A stretch of DNA of 64,000 nucleotides, from contig CM052817.1 of NCBI GenBank assembly GCA_028534125.1, positions 15,564,001-15,628,000 of the forward strand, in the 5' to 3' direction. The notes beneath the pieces are model-generated. The model was not told the DNA's origin. It did no database searches and was given only the letters and a program-made list of their open reading frames with translations. Source of the stretch: Lama glama (taxonomy: Eukaryota). Of the stretch, positions 24,850 to 38,049 are shown piece after piece. Position 1 is the stretch's first letter. Every line of letters starts with the position of its first letter. Made by a program: the position numbers and the translations under genes.

Positions 24850-25110
24850 AGAGATGAGTGACTTCAAAGTTGTCTTGGGATAGAGGGCATAACCATGTAA
24901 AGACCCTAAGGTGGGAGTTAACTGGCATGTACCAAGTTGCAAGAGGGCATGTGAATGGAGCAGACAGGGAGGTGGGGAAATGAGGCCCGATAGGTTGGGA
25001 GGAAGGGTTACCTTGGGCCTCGCTAGGTTTATGGCTTTTACTCTGAACGAGGTAGGGAGCCACTGGAGGGATATTGTAAGTCATGGTGATTGGAATCATG
25101 ATATATCCAA
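24850..25110 (-). mobile_element. L2 fragment
   Basis: 'gagggcataaccatgtaaagaccctaaggtggga...ggcttttactctgaacgaggtagggagccactggaggg'. Confidence 0.75.
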
Positions 25111-26509
25111 AATGTTAGCTCATTAAGCAGTTCACTCTTGCTGTTTATCCACCGCATAGGCTTACAAGAAAGGTCTGAGCACTCATACTACAAGTGGCAG
25201 CATCTTACCCAAAAGCCCTCCAATATCCCCTGCTTTAAAATTCTGCATCTGAATTTGCTTATGGCTGGTAAAAAAAAAAATATTATGCATGTTGGTCTTT
25301 TGCCATGAGCCCTCATTATTCTGTGTTATAAGAAATTGTAGAAAGAATGTAAGCTGAGGAAAGACCTGAGATACTGAAGAGTTTCTCCGAGGGTCAGAAG
25401 GACAATAGGCTTTTTGGAGAAGTAACGGGGGATGCTCACGTGATGAGGATAAGTTGACGGGGCTGAGCTGAAATCTAAACATCTGGCTTATGGAAATTTT
25501 TGCTGTCGCTGCTGAGCTAGTCAGCATTATCTAGTTCCTTGATCACTAGGGACTTTACGATCTGTCTTAAGCTATGTGTGCTCTAACAATAACTTTAACT
25601 GTTCATTCCATGATTTCTACTATTGGTGGGGAAAAAAAGAGAAAACGGCGTCTGAAAAATCTGAACGTAAAAAGATGTTAAAATAAGGAGACTGGATGTT
25701 GAAAAACAAACAAAAAATACAGAAGAACACCAGGAGATGCAATAAATCCAAATGGTTTTCCAAACAAGAGAGGGAAAAATAGTTAACGCAAAACTGAACT
25801 GAAAGATGCAAATAAATAAGTCAATTTTTCATTCAGGATCCATTTGGAGGCCGTATTTCCTGGCAGAATTACTGTTTATTATTTGCACGTTTCTAGTTTC
25901 TCATCTCCCTTTGTCAGTCTATTGAAAGCTTGTTAAAATCTTCTTTGCTTTTCCTGTTCTTTTGCGGTGGTTGTTCTCGCCTTAACTTTAATGTTAAACC
26001 ATGTGGAAGAAAAGTAAAAGGGAGCAAAAAAATCAACAGAAATAGTCACTGCAGTGGCCTGGTTTTATGAATATTTTATATATCGATCAGCTTATGTTTC
26101 ATTCAGACTTGATGGGAGAAAAATTGGGAAATAAGAAGGAATCTCTCTCTTAAACAGTAAATTGTAATGCTGATGCCAAATGTCTAAGGGTTTCCTTAGA
26201 GTCTGGGAGTCTGGTTAGAGTCTAAAAGTGGCATGGATGTGGAAGAGAAATAATTTGTCCATGGGTACTCCAAGAAGAACAAAAGGTTGCTACACTAATT
26301 CTTATCTTCTTGTTTTGGAGAAAATGTTAATATACTTCATCCTTGTCCAGAACTAAGCACGATGTTAGATAGTAGATCTATAAATAAGTGGCGAAGGAAT
26401 ATATGAATAAATAAACTGATGATGCCAGGTAAGAACACACTTACCCGATTAAAAGTAATCCGGTCCATAGAGGTTCTAATGGTCAGAAATACTGGATTGT
26501 CCACATTCA

Positions 26510-26740
26510 AAGGGAGGGACATTCAAATGCAAATCCTGTGCCCTTAGCCACCGTGCAACATGATTCAGAATGTACTAGCTGTGTAGTCTTGGGCAAGCAA
26601 CATTTGTGAGCCTCCTTTTCTAATACTGGAATGGAATGGAATAATGTCTCAAGATGTAGTTGTGAAGACAATGAATAATAACATGTATAAAGTCCTTCTC
26701 CCCGTGCCTGGCGCATAGTCAACATCACTGGGGATGATGA
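26510..26740 (+). mobile_element. MIR SINE
   Basis: 'tactagctgtgtagtcttgggcaagcaacattt...gttgtgaagacaatgaataataacatgtataaag...gtgcctggcgcatagt'. Confidence 0.75.
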
Positions 26741-28505
26741 TGGTAGAAGTAAGGGAGTTGTGTTAACTCTTTCCTCTTTATTGTCAGCTACTTCGCTAAC
26801 ATTTTCTCTTTCTCGTTCCCAACATTCTCTAGAGAAATTTTTAAATCATATCCATCCTTGGCTGCCTCTCACAATGCCGCCATCCGCATCACGGAGGGCG
26901 ATGAGCCATTTAACATTTGCTTATGCTCCTCGGGTACCTATCTCACCTGTCCCTGATTGCAATTCCATCAAACCCTATGTTGCATAGAGACTGTGGGGAA
27001 TCTGGTGAATCCTGTCTGGCCATTTTAATTGCATACGTGAAACCCTAATAGAATATTAGTGCCTCGCATAGAGTGGGCCCCTATCAAATGTTTCTTTTTA
27101 TTGAAGAGTCTTGCTTTACTTCCATCAGTTAACCACACCTTATAGCAGAGGATGAAGACAAATTCACACACACGGTTCCCTCCCCAACTAATGTGACGTT
27201 TGAGTTTAGACTTCAGCAGGCCCAACCCAGGGACCGTTTGCTGATGTCAAAAATCACAGAGAGCCCAGCTACATCTCATAAGAACACCAAGACAATCTCT
27301 CACAATGATTTACCTGTGAGATTAATCTTTTTTTTTTCAGGGATATTTTACAGTGCCTCTTTACAGAAGATGCCAGGCTGAATGTTACTCTGTACTGGAG
27401 TTCTAAATGAATTGGGCCCACTCTTCTCACAGGAATGAAGGGAAATGCATCTCTTAAAAATTAAGATTACCTCCCCTAACACCACCATACCCTCCCCCAA
27501 GCCTCTTACATTGGTGCCAAATACAATCTCTTTACCAGTGTGTGCATATCTGAAAATCGCGCATGGTGATCCTCTTGAGTCTATTCCTTTCTTTCTTTAT
27601 TAATGAAAGGGTTTTTATTTGTGCCCTCCGTTATTCCCAGAAGTACAACACAAAACTGGATGGGGAACCATGACTTATCTTCTATTTGGTAAAAACATCT
27701 GCAGAATAAAATGAGCCTCTTGACGCCGGAATTGTCATCAGTGATGACTTTGACAAAATGAGCAATACATAATTTGCTAGCTCCCTTGCGAAGCTGAAAC
27801 AGATTGTCAAATAAAACACTGGAGGAGATGCATATGGGCTGAGTAGACCAGCTCTGAATAGGAACACACACAGGTGGTGGCTTCGCAGTGGCTCTAAGAA
27901 AGAGGACTGCCCTAATTTGGAGGGTCGTTTGCATCTGAAAATGCTCATGTCTAAAGAGTGAATATTCCCTTTAGGAAAAGGGAATGGATACTGCCCAAAC
28001 TGCCCCTGTTTCTGTCCTTTGGAAACCTGAATAAAGCAGAGAGCCCGAGCAAAGGAGAGAGCAAGTTACACTCAAACAAACTGTCCTGAAGTAGTGGACT
28101 TTACAGAATACACATCAGTGATACACGAAAAAGACGCTTACGAAGATCAATTGCTTTATGGTTAAAGATGGATTTTCCATCAACACAAAGCATGGAAAGT
28201 ATACGAATGGGTATATTCAGTGTGCATTTTAAGAAATGGCAATCAAATGCTTTTACGAATCTTTCTATCTGAAAAGTACAGCAGAAATCATGTAATTATT
28301 TTAAGCCTGAATTTCACAAGTCAATACTAGTTGCCAGGATAGGCAATCAAAGCTTCTATATCCTGAAGATTTGAGTCTTCGCCTGAGAGATCATGCCTCT
28401 ACTGAAATCCCTGTTCAGTTCAGTTCTTCCCTCAAAAGAAAAAAGCAACCGATGTTTTGCCATCACTGTTACATTATTTACTCAAAATGTTATTCTCCCT
28501 TAGTG

Positions 28506-28526
28506 TATATATATATATATATATAT
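28506..28526. repeat. (TA)n microsatellite
   Basis: tatatatatatatatatatat. Confidence 0.9.
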
Positions 28527-29297
28527 TTCTAATAAACTTTTAGTTTAGAATAAATTTAGATTTACAGAAAAACTGTGAAGACAGTACAGGGGGTCCCTTA
28601 GAGCCCACAACCAGTTTCTCCTGTCATTGACATTTTATATTAGGATGATACATTTATCAGAATGAATGGACCACTGTTAGTACATTTTATGCACCTCATA
28701 CAGATTCTCCATACAAATTTCCTTAGTTTTTCTTAATTTTAAAAATTTCTTTGCTTTTACTGAAGTAAACTAACTTTCCGTTCCAGCATATCATCCAGGA
28801 CCCCTTATTACATTTAATAATCATGTTTCTTTAGGCTCCTCTTGGCTGTAACAGCTTCTCAGACTTTCCTCAGTTTTAGCAGCCTTGACAGGTCTGAGAA
28901 ATACAGGTCCGGTGTTGCGTAGGTTTTTCGATTTGGATTTGTCTTATGTTTTTCTTACGGTTAAACTGGGGTTATGGGGTTTTGGGAGGAAGACCACAGA
29001 AGTGAAATGTCATCTCATCCCGTCATATTAAGAGCGCATTCTAGCAACGTGACTTGCATTGAGGTTAATTTTGGTCATTTGGTCAAAGTAGTGCTTGTCA
29101 GGTTTCTCCACTGTAAAATTATATTTGTGTCTCTTTCCATGCATTAGTCCCTAGAAGCAAGTCACTAAGGACATATTCATACTAAAGAAGCAAAACTCTT
29201 AAACTCCACCTACGTGAGAGGGTATTACGTGCATCACTTATTTGGAATTCTTCTGTATGAGAGATTTTTATATGTGGGATTATGATACAATACTTAC

Positions 29298-29763
29298 TGT
29301 CTTCATTAGGCTTTTACAGAGAAACTGAATGAATAGGAGGTATCTATCTATCGATCTATTGATCTATCTGTCTATCTTTCTATCTATCTATCTATCTATA
29401 GAGAGAGAGAGAAAGATTTTAAGGCATGGCTCATGTGATTGTAGGGGCTGGCAAGCCCAGAGTTTGCAGGGTAGCCTGGCAGGCTGGAGATCTAGGGAAG
29501 ATTTGCAGCTAGAGTCTAAAGGCAGTCTGCTGGAAGAATTTCTCTTTTTCTCAGGGGAAGCCAGTCTTGTTTCTACTAAAGGATTTCAACTGACTGGATA
29601 AGGCTCACTCACATTATGGAGAGTAATCTGCTTTAATCAAGTCTAATGACTTAAATGTTAATGTCATCCAAAAATATCTTTATATAAAAATTTTAAATAA
29701 TATTTGACCAAATATCTGGGTACCATGGCCCAGGCAAGTTGATATATAAAATTAACCATCACA
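29298..29763 (-). mobile_element. MLT2 (ERVL) solo LTR, MLT2C/D-like, containing a (TATC)n repeat
   Basis: 'ggctcatgtgattgtaggggctggcaag', 'aaggcagtctgctggaagaatt', 'ttcaactgactggataaggc', ends 'aaaattaaccatcaca'; TTAC on both flanks. Confidence 0.88.
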
Positions 29764-29930
29764 TTACTTCAATTATTTTATTGCTCAAAGAGTTCTAAAT
29801 TTGGTCTTTGGGAGCTCTTTCGGTGGTCTCCCATGACCCTTTGACAAACACCCATTATTGTAGGGGTGTATTTCTTTTTTCTTTTTTGGAGAACCTTACT
29901 TTCTGGCATTGTGAGAAACTCAGACTCATG

Positions 29931-30628
29931 CAGTAGTCCCCTCTTTATCCACAGGGAATACATTCCAAGAACCCCAGTGGATGCCTGAAACTACAAATTG
30001 TACCCAATCCTATATATACTGTTTTTTCCTATACTCACATGCCTATGGTAAATTTAGTTAAAATTAGGTACAGTAAGAGATAAACAACAATAACTGATAA
30101 TAAAATAGAAAAATTTTAAAGTAAAAATAGACAAATATCTGTTGCATACTTAAAAATAGAGCAATTATAACAATATACTGTAATAAAAGTTACATGAATG
30201 GGATCTCTCTTTCTCATAATATTTTTTGTGCTGTACTCACCCTTCTTATGATGATGGGAGATGGTAAAATGACTACGTGATGAGACAAACTGAACTGAAT
30301 GATGTAGGCATTGTGACATAGCATTTGACTGCTGTTGACCATCTGATGATATGTCAGCAGGGTCGTCTGCTTCAGGTGATCTTAGATCATCGAGCCATAA
30401 TGATGTTGATGGTTGGCAGTCAGGAGCAGATGATGTCGATTGTTGGGGATCCCAGCTGAGATGGAGTGGAATAGAGCAAGATTTCATCATGCTACTCAGA
30501 ATGGCAAGCAACTTAAAAATTATGAATTGTTTATTTCTGGAATTTCCCATTTAATGTTTCTGGACCTCTGTTGGCCATAGGTAACTAAAACCTCAAAAAG
30601 TAAAACCATGGATAAGGAGAGACTACTG
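29931..30628. mobile_element. MER44-type (Tigger7-related TcMar) non-autonomous DNA transposon
   Basis: Terminal inverted repeats 'cagtagtcccctctttatcca' / 'tggataaggagagactactg'; 'ttccaagaaccccagtggatgcctgaaac'. Confidence 0.88.
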
Positions 30629-30689
30629 TGTTGTGTATTTCTTTATTTCCTCCCACAGTCCTAAATCAGCCATTTCTCCAAGCATTCTG

Positions 30690-30890
30690 AGAGAACACAC
30701 CATGGCATTTCTACTTATAAAAATAGTAATTTTATCAGATCAAGGTCCCATCTTTATGATTTCATTTGACCCTAATTGCTTCCTTAAAGGTCTTATCTCC
30801 TAATACAGCCACACTGGGGTGGTGGGGGTGGTTATTGCTTCAATATATAAATTTTTTGTTGTGGGGGGGACACAAACATTCAGTTCACAA
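30690..30890 (-). mobile_element. Partial MLT1A/B-like MaLR LTR
   Basis: 'tcagatcaaggtcccatctttatgatttcatttgaccctaattgcttccttaaagg...ggggggacacaaacattcagttcac'. Confidence 0.75.
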
Positions 30891-32830
30891 CCTATCATTT
30901 CCTTTCTGCCTGAAGAACTTTCAACACTTTTCACAGGGTAGGTGTGCTGGAGATAAAACTCTTTGGTTTTTATTAGTCTGAGAGTGTATTTCTCCTTTAC
31001 TTCTAAAGGATAATTTTGCTGAATGTAGAATTCTAGATTGGTGATGTGAGATTGGTGGTTCTGTCAGTATTTTAAATATTTCACTCCACCATTCTTCTTG
31101 CTTGCACTGTTTTTGATGAAGAGTCTGCAGTAATGATTATTCCTGTCTACTGTAGGTAAGATGTGTTTTCCTCCCCACTGATTTCTCTCAAGATTTCTCA
31201 TTTTCATTTTTCCTGTGGTTTTAATATAACATACCTAAATGTAGTATTTTTTCTATTTATCATGTTGTGTGTTCCATGATCTCCCTGGATTTGTGGTCTG
31301 CTGTCTTTCATTAATTTTGGAAAGTTCTCAGCTTTTATTACTTCAAGTATTTATTCTGCTTAGTTCTCCTTTCTTCTTCTTCTATTCCAATGATGTATAT
31401 GTTACCCCTTTTGATATTGTCCCACAGTTCCTAAATGTCTGTTCTCTTTTCAAAATGCTTTGAGAAAAAAAGAATTGCATTTCAGTTTGGGAAGTTGCTA
31501 TTGACCTGTTTTCAAATTCACAGATTCTTTCTTGGCCATGTCAATTCTACTGATAAACCTATCAAAAAGAATTCTTCAATTCTTCCTTAGGGTTTCCATA
31601 TTTATTCATATTACATCTGTTGTTTCATGTTTATTACTTTTTTTCGTAGAGCCCTTAACATGCTAATTATAGTCATTTTAGATACTCTGATAGTTCCCAA
31701 ATCTGTGTTGTATCTGAATCTGATTCTCATGCTTACTTTGTCTCTTCAGACCTTTTTTGTTGTTTGATTATTTGGTTTTGTCTTTTGGCATACAGTGTAA
31801 TTTTTTTTCCTGACAGCTGGACATATTGTATTGACTAACAGAAATTGAGGAATTAACCTTTAGTATGTAGATTTAGGTTAATCTGCCTAGGAGTTGGACT
31901 GTGTTTAATGTTTGCTGTAGCTGTAGGTGCTAGAGGCTTTAAATTCCTCTAATGTCCTTGTTTTGGTCTTTCCTATGTGTTACTCTTCAGGAAGAGTCTG
32001 TATGTGCAGCTTTTCCAGGTAGAACATGGTTATTGTACCAGAGCCCTGTTTGTAGAACAGTAAAGCAGAGTGTTCTATAATCTGCTGATTGATTTTCAGC
32101 CCTTTGATGGGTCTTTTTATTCAGGGCTTTTTTTTTTTCAGACCTTCATTAATGTTTCCTCCACAAGGTTTTCTAAACACAAGCCCTTTATTCCCTTCCA
32201 TAGCTACAGTGTTCCCAAACAATTTCCTTGAACAATGAACCCTGCAGACTGTATTTCCCCCATAGGTGAAACGAAGGCTGAAAGGGGCTGGAGTGGGAGG
32301 GATTTCAGTCCCTCAGCTGAGATTAGGCTCTGGCAAAGCTCTTTCCTCCTTGAAGAGTAGGCTTTGTTATGGAGAAAGCTCTGGGTGTATTTCACAATGA
32401 TTACCCTTCCCCTCCCTTTGCCAGGGCCATGAGGTTGTTTCCCCTGAAATATTGCAAGAACCTGGTGGAGTTCCTGGAGGTAAAACCCAGAGAATTGTGC
32501 CCCACCTCTCCTAAGACTTTGGCCACCAGGTATTTCTCAGTAGCCTGCTAGTCCACACCCAGCCACAAGCAATTCACCAAAATTACCACTTAAATGTAAC
32601 TGCCAGATTATGGCCCCAGGACTTCCGTCCCAGGTAAGGAGATATAGGCAGTATCTCATCTAGAAGCACCTACCTCTAGTGATTTCAGGGCATTGGTTTG
32701 CCCTGAGACCTCGATTCTCTGATTGGTCCAAGAGACAGTCACTGATTTTTAGGTTGCCCAGATTGTCTTGTTGTCAGATTGAGGGTGACAACTTTCAATC
32801 ACTCTATGCTTTAGGATTGAAGCCAGTAGT
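30891..32830 (-). mobile_element. Old L1M 5' region / ORF1 remnant
   Basis: 'tttcctttctgcctgaagaacttt', 'aaggataattttgctgaatgtagaattctag', 'cattaattttggaaagttctcagc', 'aagaacctggtggagttcctggaggtaaaac'. Confidence 0.8.
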
Positions 32831-34324
32831 CTATATTTTTCTACACTCTATTTAATTTTGCACACATAATTTATGCTAGTCTTTTAAATGAGAATTTCTA
32901 AATGACCATGTCAGAGAAATTGTTTTTTGCCTTCGTCTTGTGTGTGCATCATTATTTTAAAATGTTCTGTCCACACCAATTCATCATGAGGAATTTTTGT
33001 TCATGTATTTCATGTCCCTCGTCTATGATAAGTCATATCAAACTCTCCATTAAAGACTAAAGATTAAAATATAGCAACTTTTATATTTTCTTATGATATC
33101 AAATAGTAAATAATCAATCAGAACAGTTTATGAGTCATATATAACCCCAGGCATCATTCATTATGGGAACACACAGCCTATAATGGCCAAACTAAAATGA
33201 CAGGGCAAGAATAGAGTTTTTAAAACTACAGTGCATAAATTCTGGCTGTTGTATTTTTATCTTTTTCACTACTTCTAGCTCTTTTTTTTTTTTTTTGGTG
33301 GTACTTTATGGATTCAGTAATTGAAAACTTAAGAGTCTTGCCTAATGAATATGTCAAAGCATGGGACAAAGTGTAACCTGGTGCTTCCTGACAGTAAATG
33401 TTTAATCCTCCTTCCTGGAGAGACTTCAGAAAACTCTAGTAATTGAGGAAGCAAGAATATTTAACCCTGGAGTACAACTTTTTATGAACACTGTGTAGTT
33501 CATGGCACACAAGGGATCTTTTAAAAACAGAGCATTGGTGTTCAGTAAGTTTACCCTTTGACAAATGATTGTTTTACTGTATACAACAATACTCCCTACA
33601 AAACTTTTACTGCTATTACACAAAAGAGTAATAAAATGAGATACACCTTTCTTCCTTCTCTGTTTATGCAACTCTTTTGCCCCTGTAACTAAGCCTAACA
33701 TTTACCTGAGAGAGAAAAAAACAATTCTGGGGAAACTTATGCAGGGTTGATAAAATAAGCAATGAGCTAACCTAAGGAGTAGTTATTGAGTTAATACTGA
33801 ATGACACCTCTCTCCCCATATTCTGCCAGTCTACACCTGGAAAGCCAGTAACAGTGATCCTTCCAAAAGAAGCGTCACCCAAGCTTAAAAGGAAGATCTC
33901 TCTGTAAAGGTGAAGAGGTATTTCCCATTTATGGGTGTTTTCTTGTGCCATCCGATTGGGAAAGTGTTCAATATGAATGCAGAAATTTACAAGTGTCCCT
34001 CCTACCCTCTCCCCACACCCCTGTGCTGTGTGCCTGAAGAGAAATTCTTCCAGAGATGATAGCCTATGGAAATAACAATACACTCCATTAATTACTCTCT
34101 CCAAGGGAGAGACATGTAACACATCTTACAGATTCAGCTCAAAAGACAGAAAATCCAGAGCACTCATTATATGTTTTCTCCTGACACAGCACATTAAAAT
34201 CTGAAAAAAGAAGGCCATCTTATCATAAAGTCAGCAAAAAAGAAAACAAAACAATGCTCTTCTGTTTGCACACCTCTGGTCATTTGGAAGATTATGCATT
34301 ATGCTACAAATATTGTTCTCAAAG

Positions 34325-34560
34325 CTCCCACATGGTGTGGTGCAGGGGACACGGAATGGCTAATTAAAAACAAATTAAATCTCCATGACTTCTTAATCCA
34401 TGTGATCTTCTAAGAGTTATTTAAACTCTCTGTTCCTCATACTTAAATTACTACTTATCTTCAAAGGTTGTAGTAAGAATTTTTATGAGACAGTAAAAAT
34501 AAAACACCTAGCAAAGGGTTTAGCACAAAAAATAACTTAGCAAGTGTTTGTTTCTTCTGG
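34325..34560 (+). mobile_element. MIR SINE
   Basis: 'tgtgatcttctaagagttatttaaactctctgttcctca...tcaaaggttgtagtaagaattt...aaaacacctagca'. Confidence 0.65.
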
Positions 34561-36289
34561 CTTGACAGTCTGTCGGTAGGTAAATGAGACCGAAAATATA
34601 GCCACTGGTATGTTGGAAGACAGTCCCTAGAAATCTCAACAATTTCATCTAGTCTACAGTCCTTTGTGCTTCATTGGTGAAAGCTTCTTTCTCCTTCTTT
34701 TTTCAGGCCTTTCTCATCAACATATTAAGTCATAGGTTTTCACTAAAGGCCACCATCTTAGATCTCTAATGTTCTAGGTACATCGGATGGGCCAAAGCTA
34801 GACTGCTCAGAGAACACTTCCTTGACCAAAATGATTAGCCTAGGGTTAGGAAGGAAATGCAGCCAGGGAAAATCAGAATCTCTCACTAAAGTTTTTCAAA
34901 TGGTTGCTGGAAAAAAAAAAGAAAGAATTTCCCATCAAAAGAAATAAGAGTTTAGAAATTGGGTGGGGGAGTACTGTTCTCTGCCTGAGGAGAAAGCCAG
35001 TTTGCAATAGAAAGAAATGCACTGACAAGCAAAAGGAAGCTTCTCGTATTCTTATTCCACTGTGATGCTCTTGAAAATTAAGACATCCCTTTTAAGATTC
35101 AGTGTGGGTGTCTGTCTAGGAAGTCTGTCATGATTCTACCAGGTTGGATTTAGCAATCTATCATCTGTCCTCATACAGAGTTCTGTGACCACTTCCATTC
35201 CAACTCTGACCACTTTATAATGATGTATCAATTGCTCTCCCTGTCATCACCACTAGTCCCTAAGAGACACGAAAGATGTTTTATCTTTTAGTACCCAGTA
35301 CTTCTCTTGGTACTGAATGCATCGTAGTCTCTAGGACACAGACATATAAGTCTATTTTAACTAACGCTTCTGATTTTAGTTTAGTTCCTTGCTGCCCGGC
35401 AGTCCACAGCTGTGCCACCATATTTGAAATTTCATCTTCATATGTCTTTATGGTTGTTTTGATTACTCTGGTTGAGATTTGATGACTTAAATACATACAT
35501 AGCTTTATTTGAACATCTTTTTACTATCATCATAAACAACTAAAAAAATCCTGAAAAAAAAAAGACGAAAAGAAAAAAAAATGCAAAGAAAAACAAAACT
35601 ATCTGGGAAAGTATTCATATTATGATAGAAAATCCTGCCCATCTATACACAAATGATCTGTGTTTAGTTTTGGCAAAGAAGTAGCCACACTTCTATTTGA
35701 ACGTTTGTCTTATTTTTAAATGTTACCCTGTTTGTTTGTATCAATTATGAAAGTGTTTCAACCCACAAACAAAAATATCACATGTTTAATGTCAAAGTTC
35801 AGGAAAAGAAAAGCCATAATGTTTTTACACTTTAGTTCAGTAGGTTTTGCTATATATTTATTTATCAAGATTCTTGAATGTGCAAGATTCTTAAATGAAT
35901 TGACATGAACCTAAAGTGAAATGATTTTCACACTCCCTAAACTTTCCTCTAGGAAACAATAATCAGAAGACAAAGACTGAAATGCCCCCTGGCAAGATGC
36001 GGTTGGAAAATAAACGAGAAAATTTCCTAAGAAGGGCAGGAAAAGGTTGTTTGGGCTTGTCCTTCTTAAGGTTTTTACTAATTCTCCTATAGAATGTCAT
36101 CACCGAGTTTTCAAGACTTAACAAATGTCCTTCACAATTCGAGAGTTTCTCTTAGATTCAATTTCCCCCAAACGCCTTTTAAGCCAATCCATGGTCAATG
36201 CCATTGAGAGAGGATTTATGATCCACCTCTTCATTTGGATTGCTCATCCAACTGTTCAAATCAAAGAGCAGGACCAGCCCTGACTTTGG

Positions 36290-36560
36290 TACCAGGGAAG
36301 CTGGTGTTCGAATCCAGTTTTCACTAAACTCAGGCTGGGATCTTCATCAAGCCTCAATGTTTCTAACCCTCAATTTAATTGTATGAAAACTGTGACTAAG
36401 TGATACCAACCTCTCATTGCTCTTAAATCTCAATTTAATTGTATAAAAGCTGCCGCTAAGTGATACTTTCAAGGTCGTTGCATGAAAAAATGAGACTTAT
36501 ATCCAAAGTATATAGTACAGTGCATGACATGCAGAAGATGCTGTAAAAAGGTACTTGTTA
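36290..36560 (+). mobile_element. MIR SINE with an internal 60-bp-period duplication
   Basis: 'gttcgaatccagttttcacta', 'aaggtcgttgcatgaaaa', 'tagtacagtgcatgacatgcag'. Confidence 0.6.
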
Positions 36561-36574
36561 TCCAGCAGCATTAT

Positions 36575-37230
36575 GAGACCTGATATTTGTGCCAGGTATT
36601 GCACCGAGCACTAGAAAATAGGGGGTAAGGGCAACTTATTTCTGCCTGAGAGGTACCTTCTGGAGAGGACAGTCCCTTAACAAGTAAATGAATGTATGAG
36701 GGATAAATGAGTGAATAACTACAGATTTTTTAAAAATACCATGAAAAGGAACAACAGTGAAGAAGATGTTGGTAAAGTATAGGGAGATGATCCAGATAAG
36801 GCTTTCTGAATATGTGATATTTACATTGACACTTTTTGAGGACTGTGGTCCAGCCAGTGGAAGTCCCCTAGGGAAAAAAACATGCAAAGGCCCTGGGGCG
36901 GTAATGGACTTGACTTTCAGGGGCCTGAAAGGAAGCTAGCATGGATGGACCTCAGAGAACAGCTGGATTTTGGAATAAGACTAGTTTTAGAGATGGGCAA
37001 TAAAAAACAAGAAGCAATGGCAAGAGTTTAAATTTGACCCTATGAGCAATGGGAAAGCAGGTCTCGAAAGACTTGAGCAGAAGAGTAGCTTGCTCTGAGT
37101 AATCTGGTGTGTGCTGAATAGACGACAGAAGGGCAAAGTCTGAGACAGGAACACCAGCCAAAAGGTTATCAGAGTGGTCCGGTGGAGAAATGACAGCAAT
37201 TTGTACTCAGGTGGTGGTCATGGAAATGAG
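36575..37230 (-). mobile_element. L2 LINE fragment
   Basis: 'tgtgccaggtattgcaccgagcact', 'aggctttctgaatatgtgatattt', 'catgcaaaggccctgggg', 'gaccctatgagcaatgggaagc'. Confidence 0.75.
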
Positions 37231-38049
37231 GACATTTGCACATGTTATGATGAGGAACATCAACCACACTCCATCAAAACACCGACACTCAGCGTGGGCT
37301 TGCAGCTTCCTCAAGGTTCCACTTCCTCAGCTCTCTGTATTTTGTTTGCAGGTGTCTGCCTTGCTCTCTCTTAGATCAAAAGCTCCTGTGAGGCTGGGAT
37401 CTGCATCTTACCTGTCTGGCTTGACAACTCTCTCCATCCCTTCATTCTTATCCTAAAAACAAACATATAACATCTGGGCAACAGTCAAAAAACAAATGGC
37501 CAAGATAAATAAGTGATAAGGGTTACAATGGGCAATTTGCCAGCTTAATTCTCGCTGGTTCTGTTCCCCTTTAGAAAAGGACTGCAAGTCCCCTTCCTCA
37601 GAAACCTGAGGTCCCCTGCCATGCTTCAGAATGCTACCCATACCAACAGTGCAGAAGCGTCTGCCTGATTATCAGGTTCAGAAAGAGTTTCTTTGAACAT
37701 CTCATCATAATCAGAGGTGAGTTCTGGCTCTCACATTATTGCTGGCCATAATTAGCTCTAGTTAAACCATCTCTGTGCATCCTGGCAGGCAGATCACCTA
37801 CATCAATACTGCTACCAGCTTAAGCTTGCTCTGGGGAGACACTGTGTGTGACAGACTTTATCTTCAGGGCACACTGCCACCGATTGCAGCTGCAGAATCC
37901 ATCGCTCTGTTCAGTTCAGCTAGAACCGTATTTGATCGCTGGGACTTACGGGTGAGTGTCAGAATAACAAGGATACTAATCATCTCCAACGGCACGGCAC
38001 CGTTCATCCAGGGATCTCCGAGGACATTGCCTGAGTTAATTAATTCTGA

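Larger units (their letters stand above)
28530..30688 (-). mobile_element. L1MC/L1MD-type 3' UTR, host to MLT2 and MER44
   Basis: 'ttagaataaatttagatttacagaaaaactgtgaagacagtacag', 'ggctcctcttggctgtaacagcttctcagactttcc', 'tttattgctcaaag...gggagctcttt', 'aatcagccatttctccaag'. Confidence 0.8.

Noticed and set aside
30116..30550. Longest ORF in the window (144 aa)
   Set aside because: It lies wholly inside the non-autonomous MER44 and has no recognisable transposase motifs.
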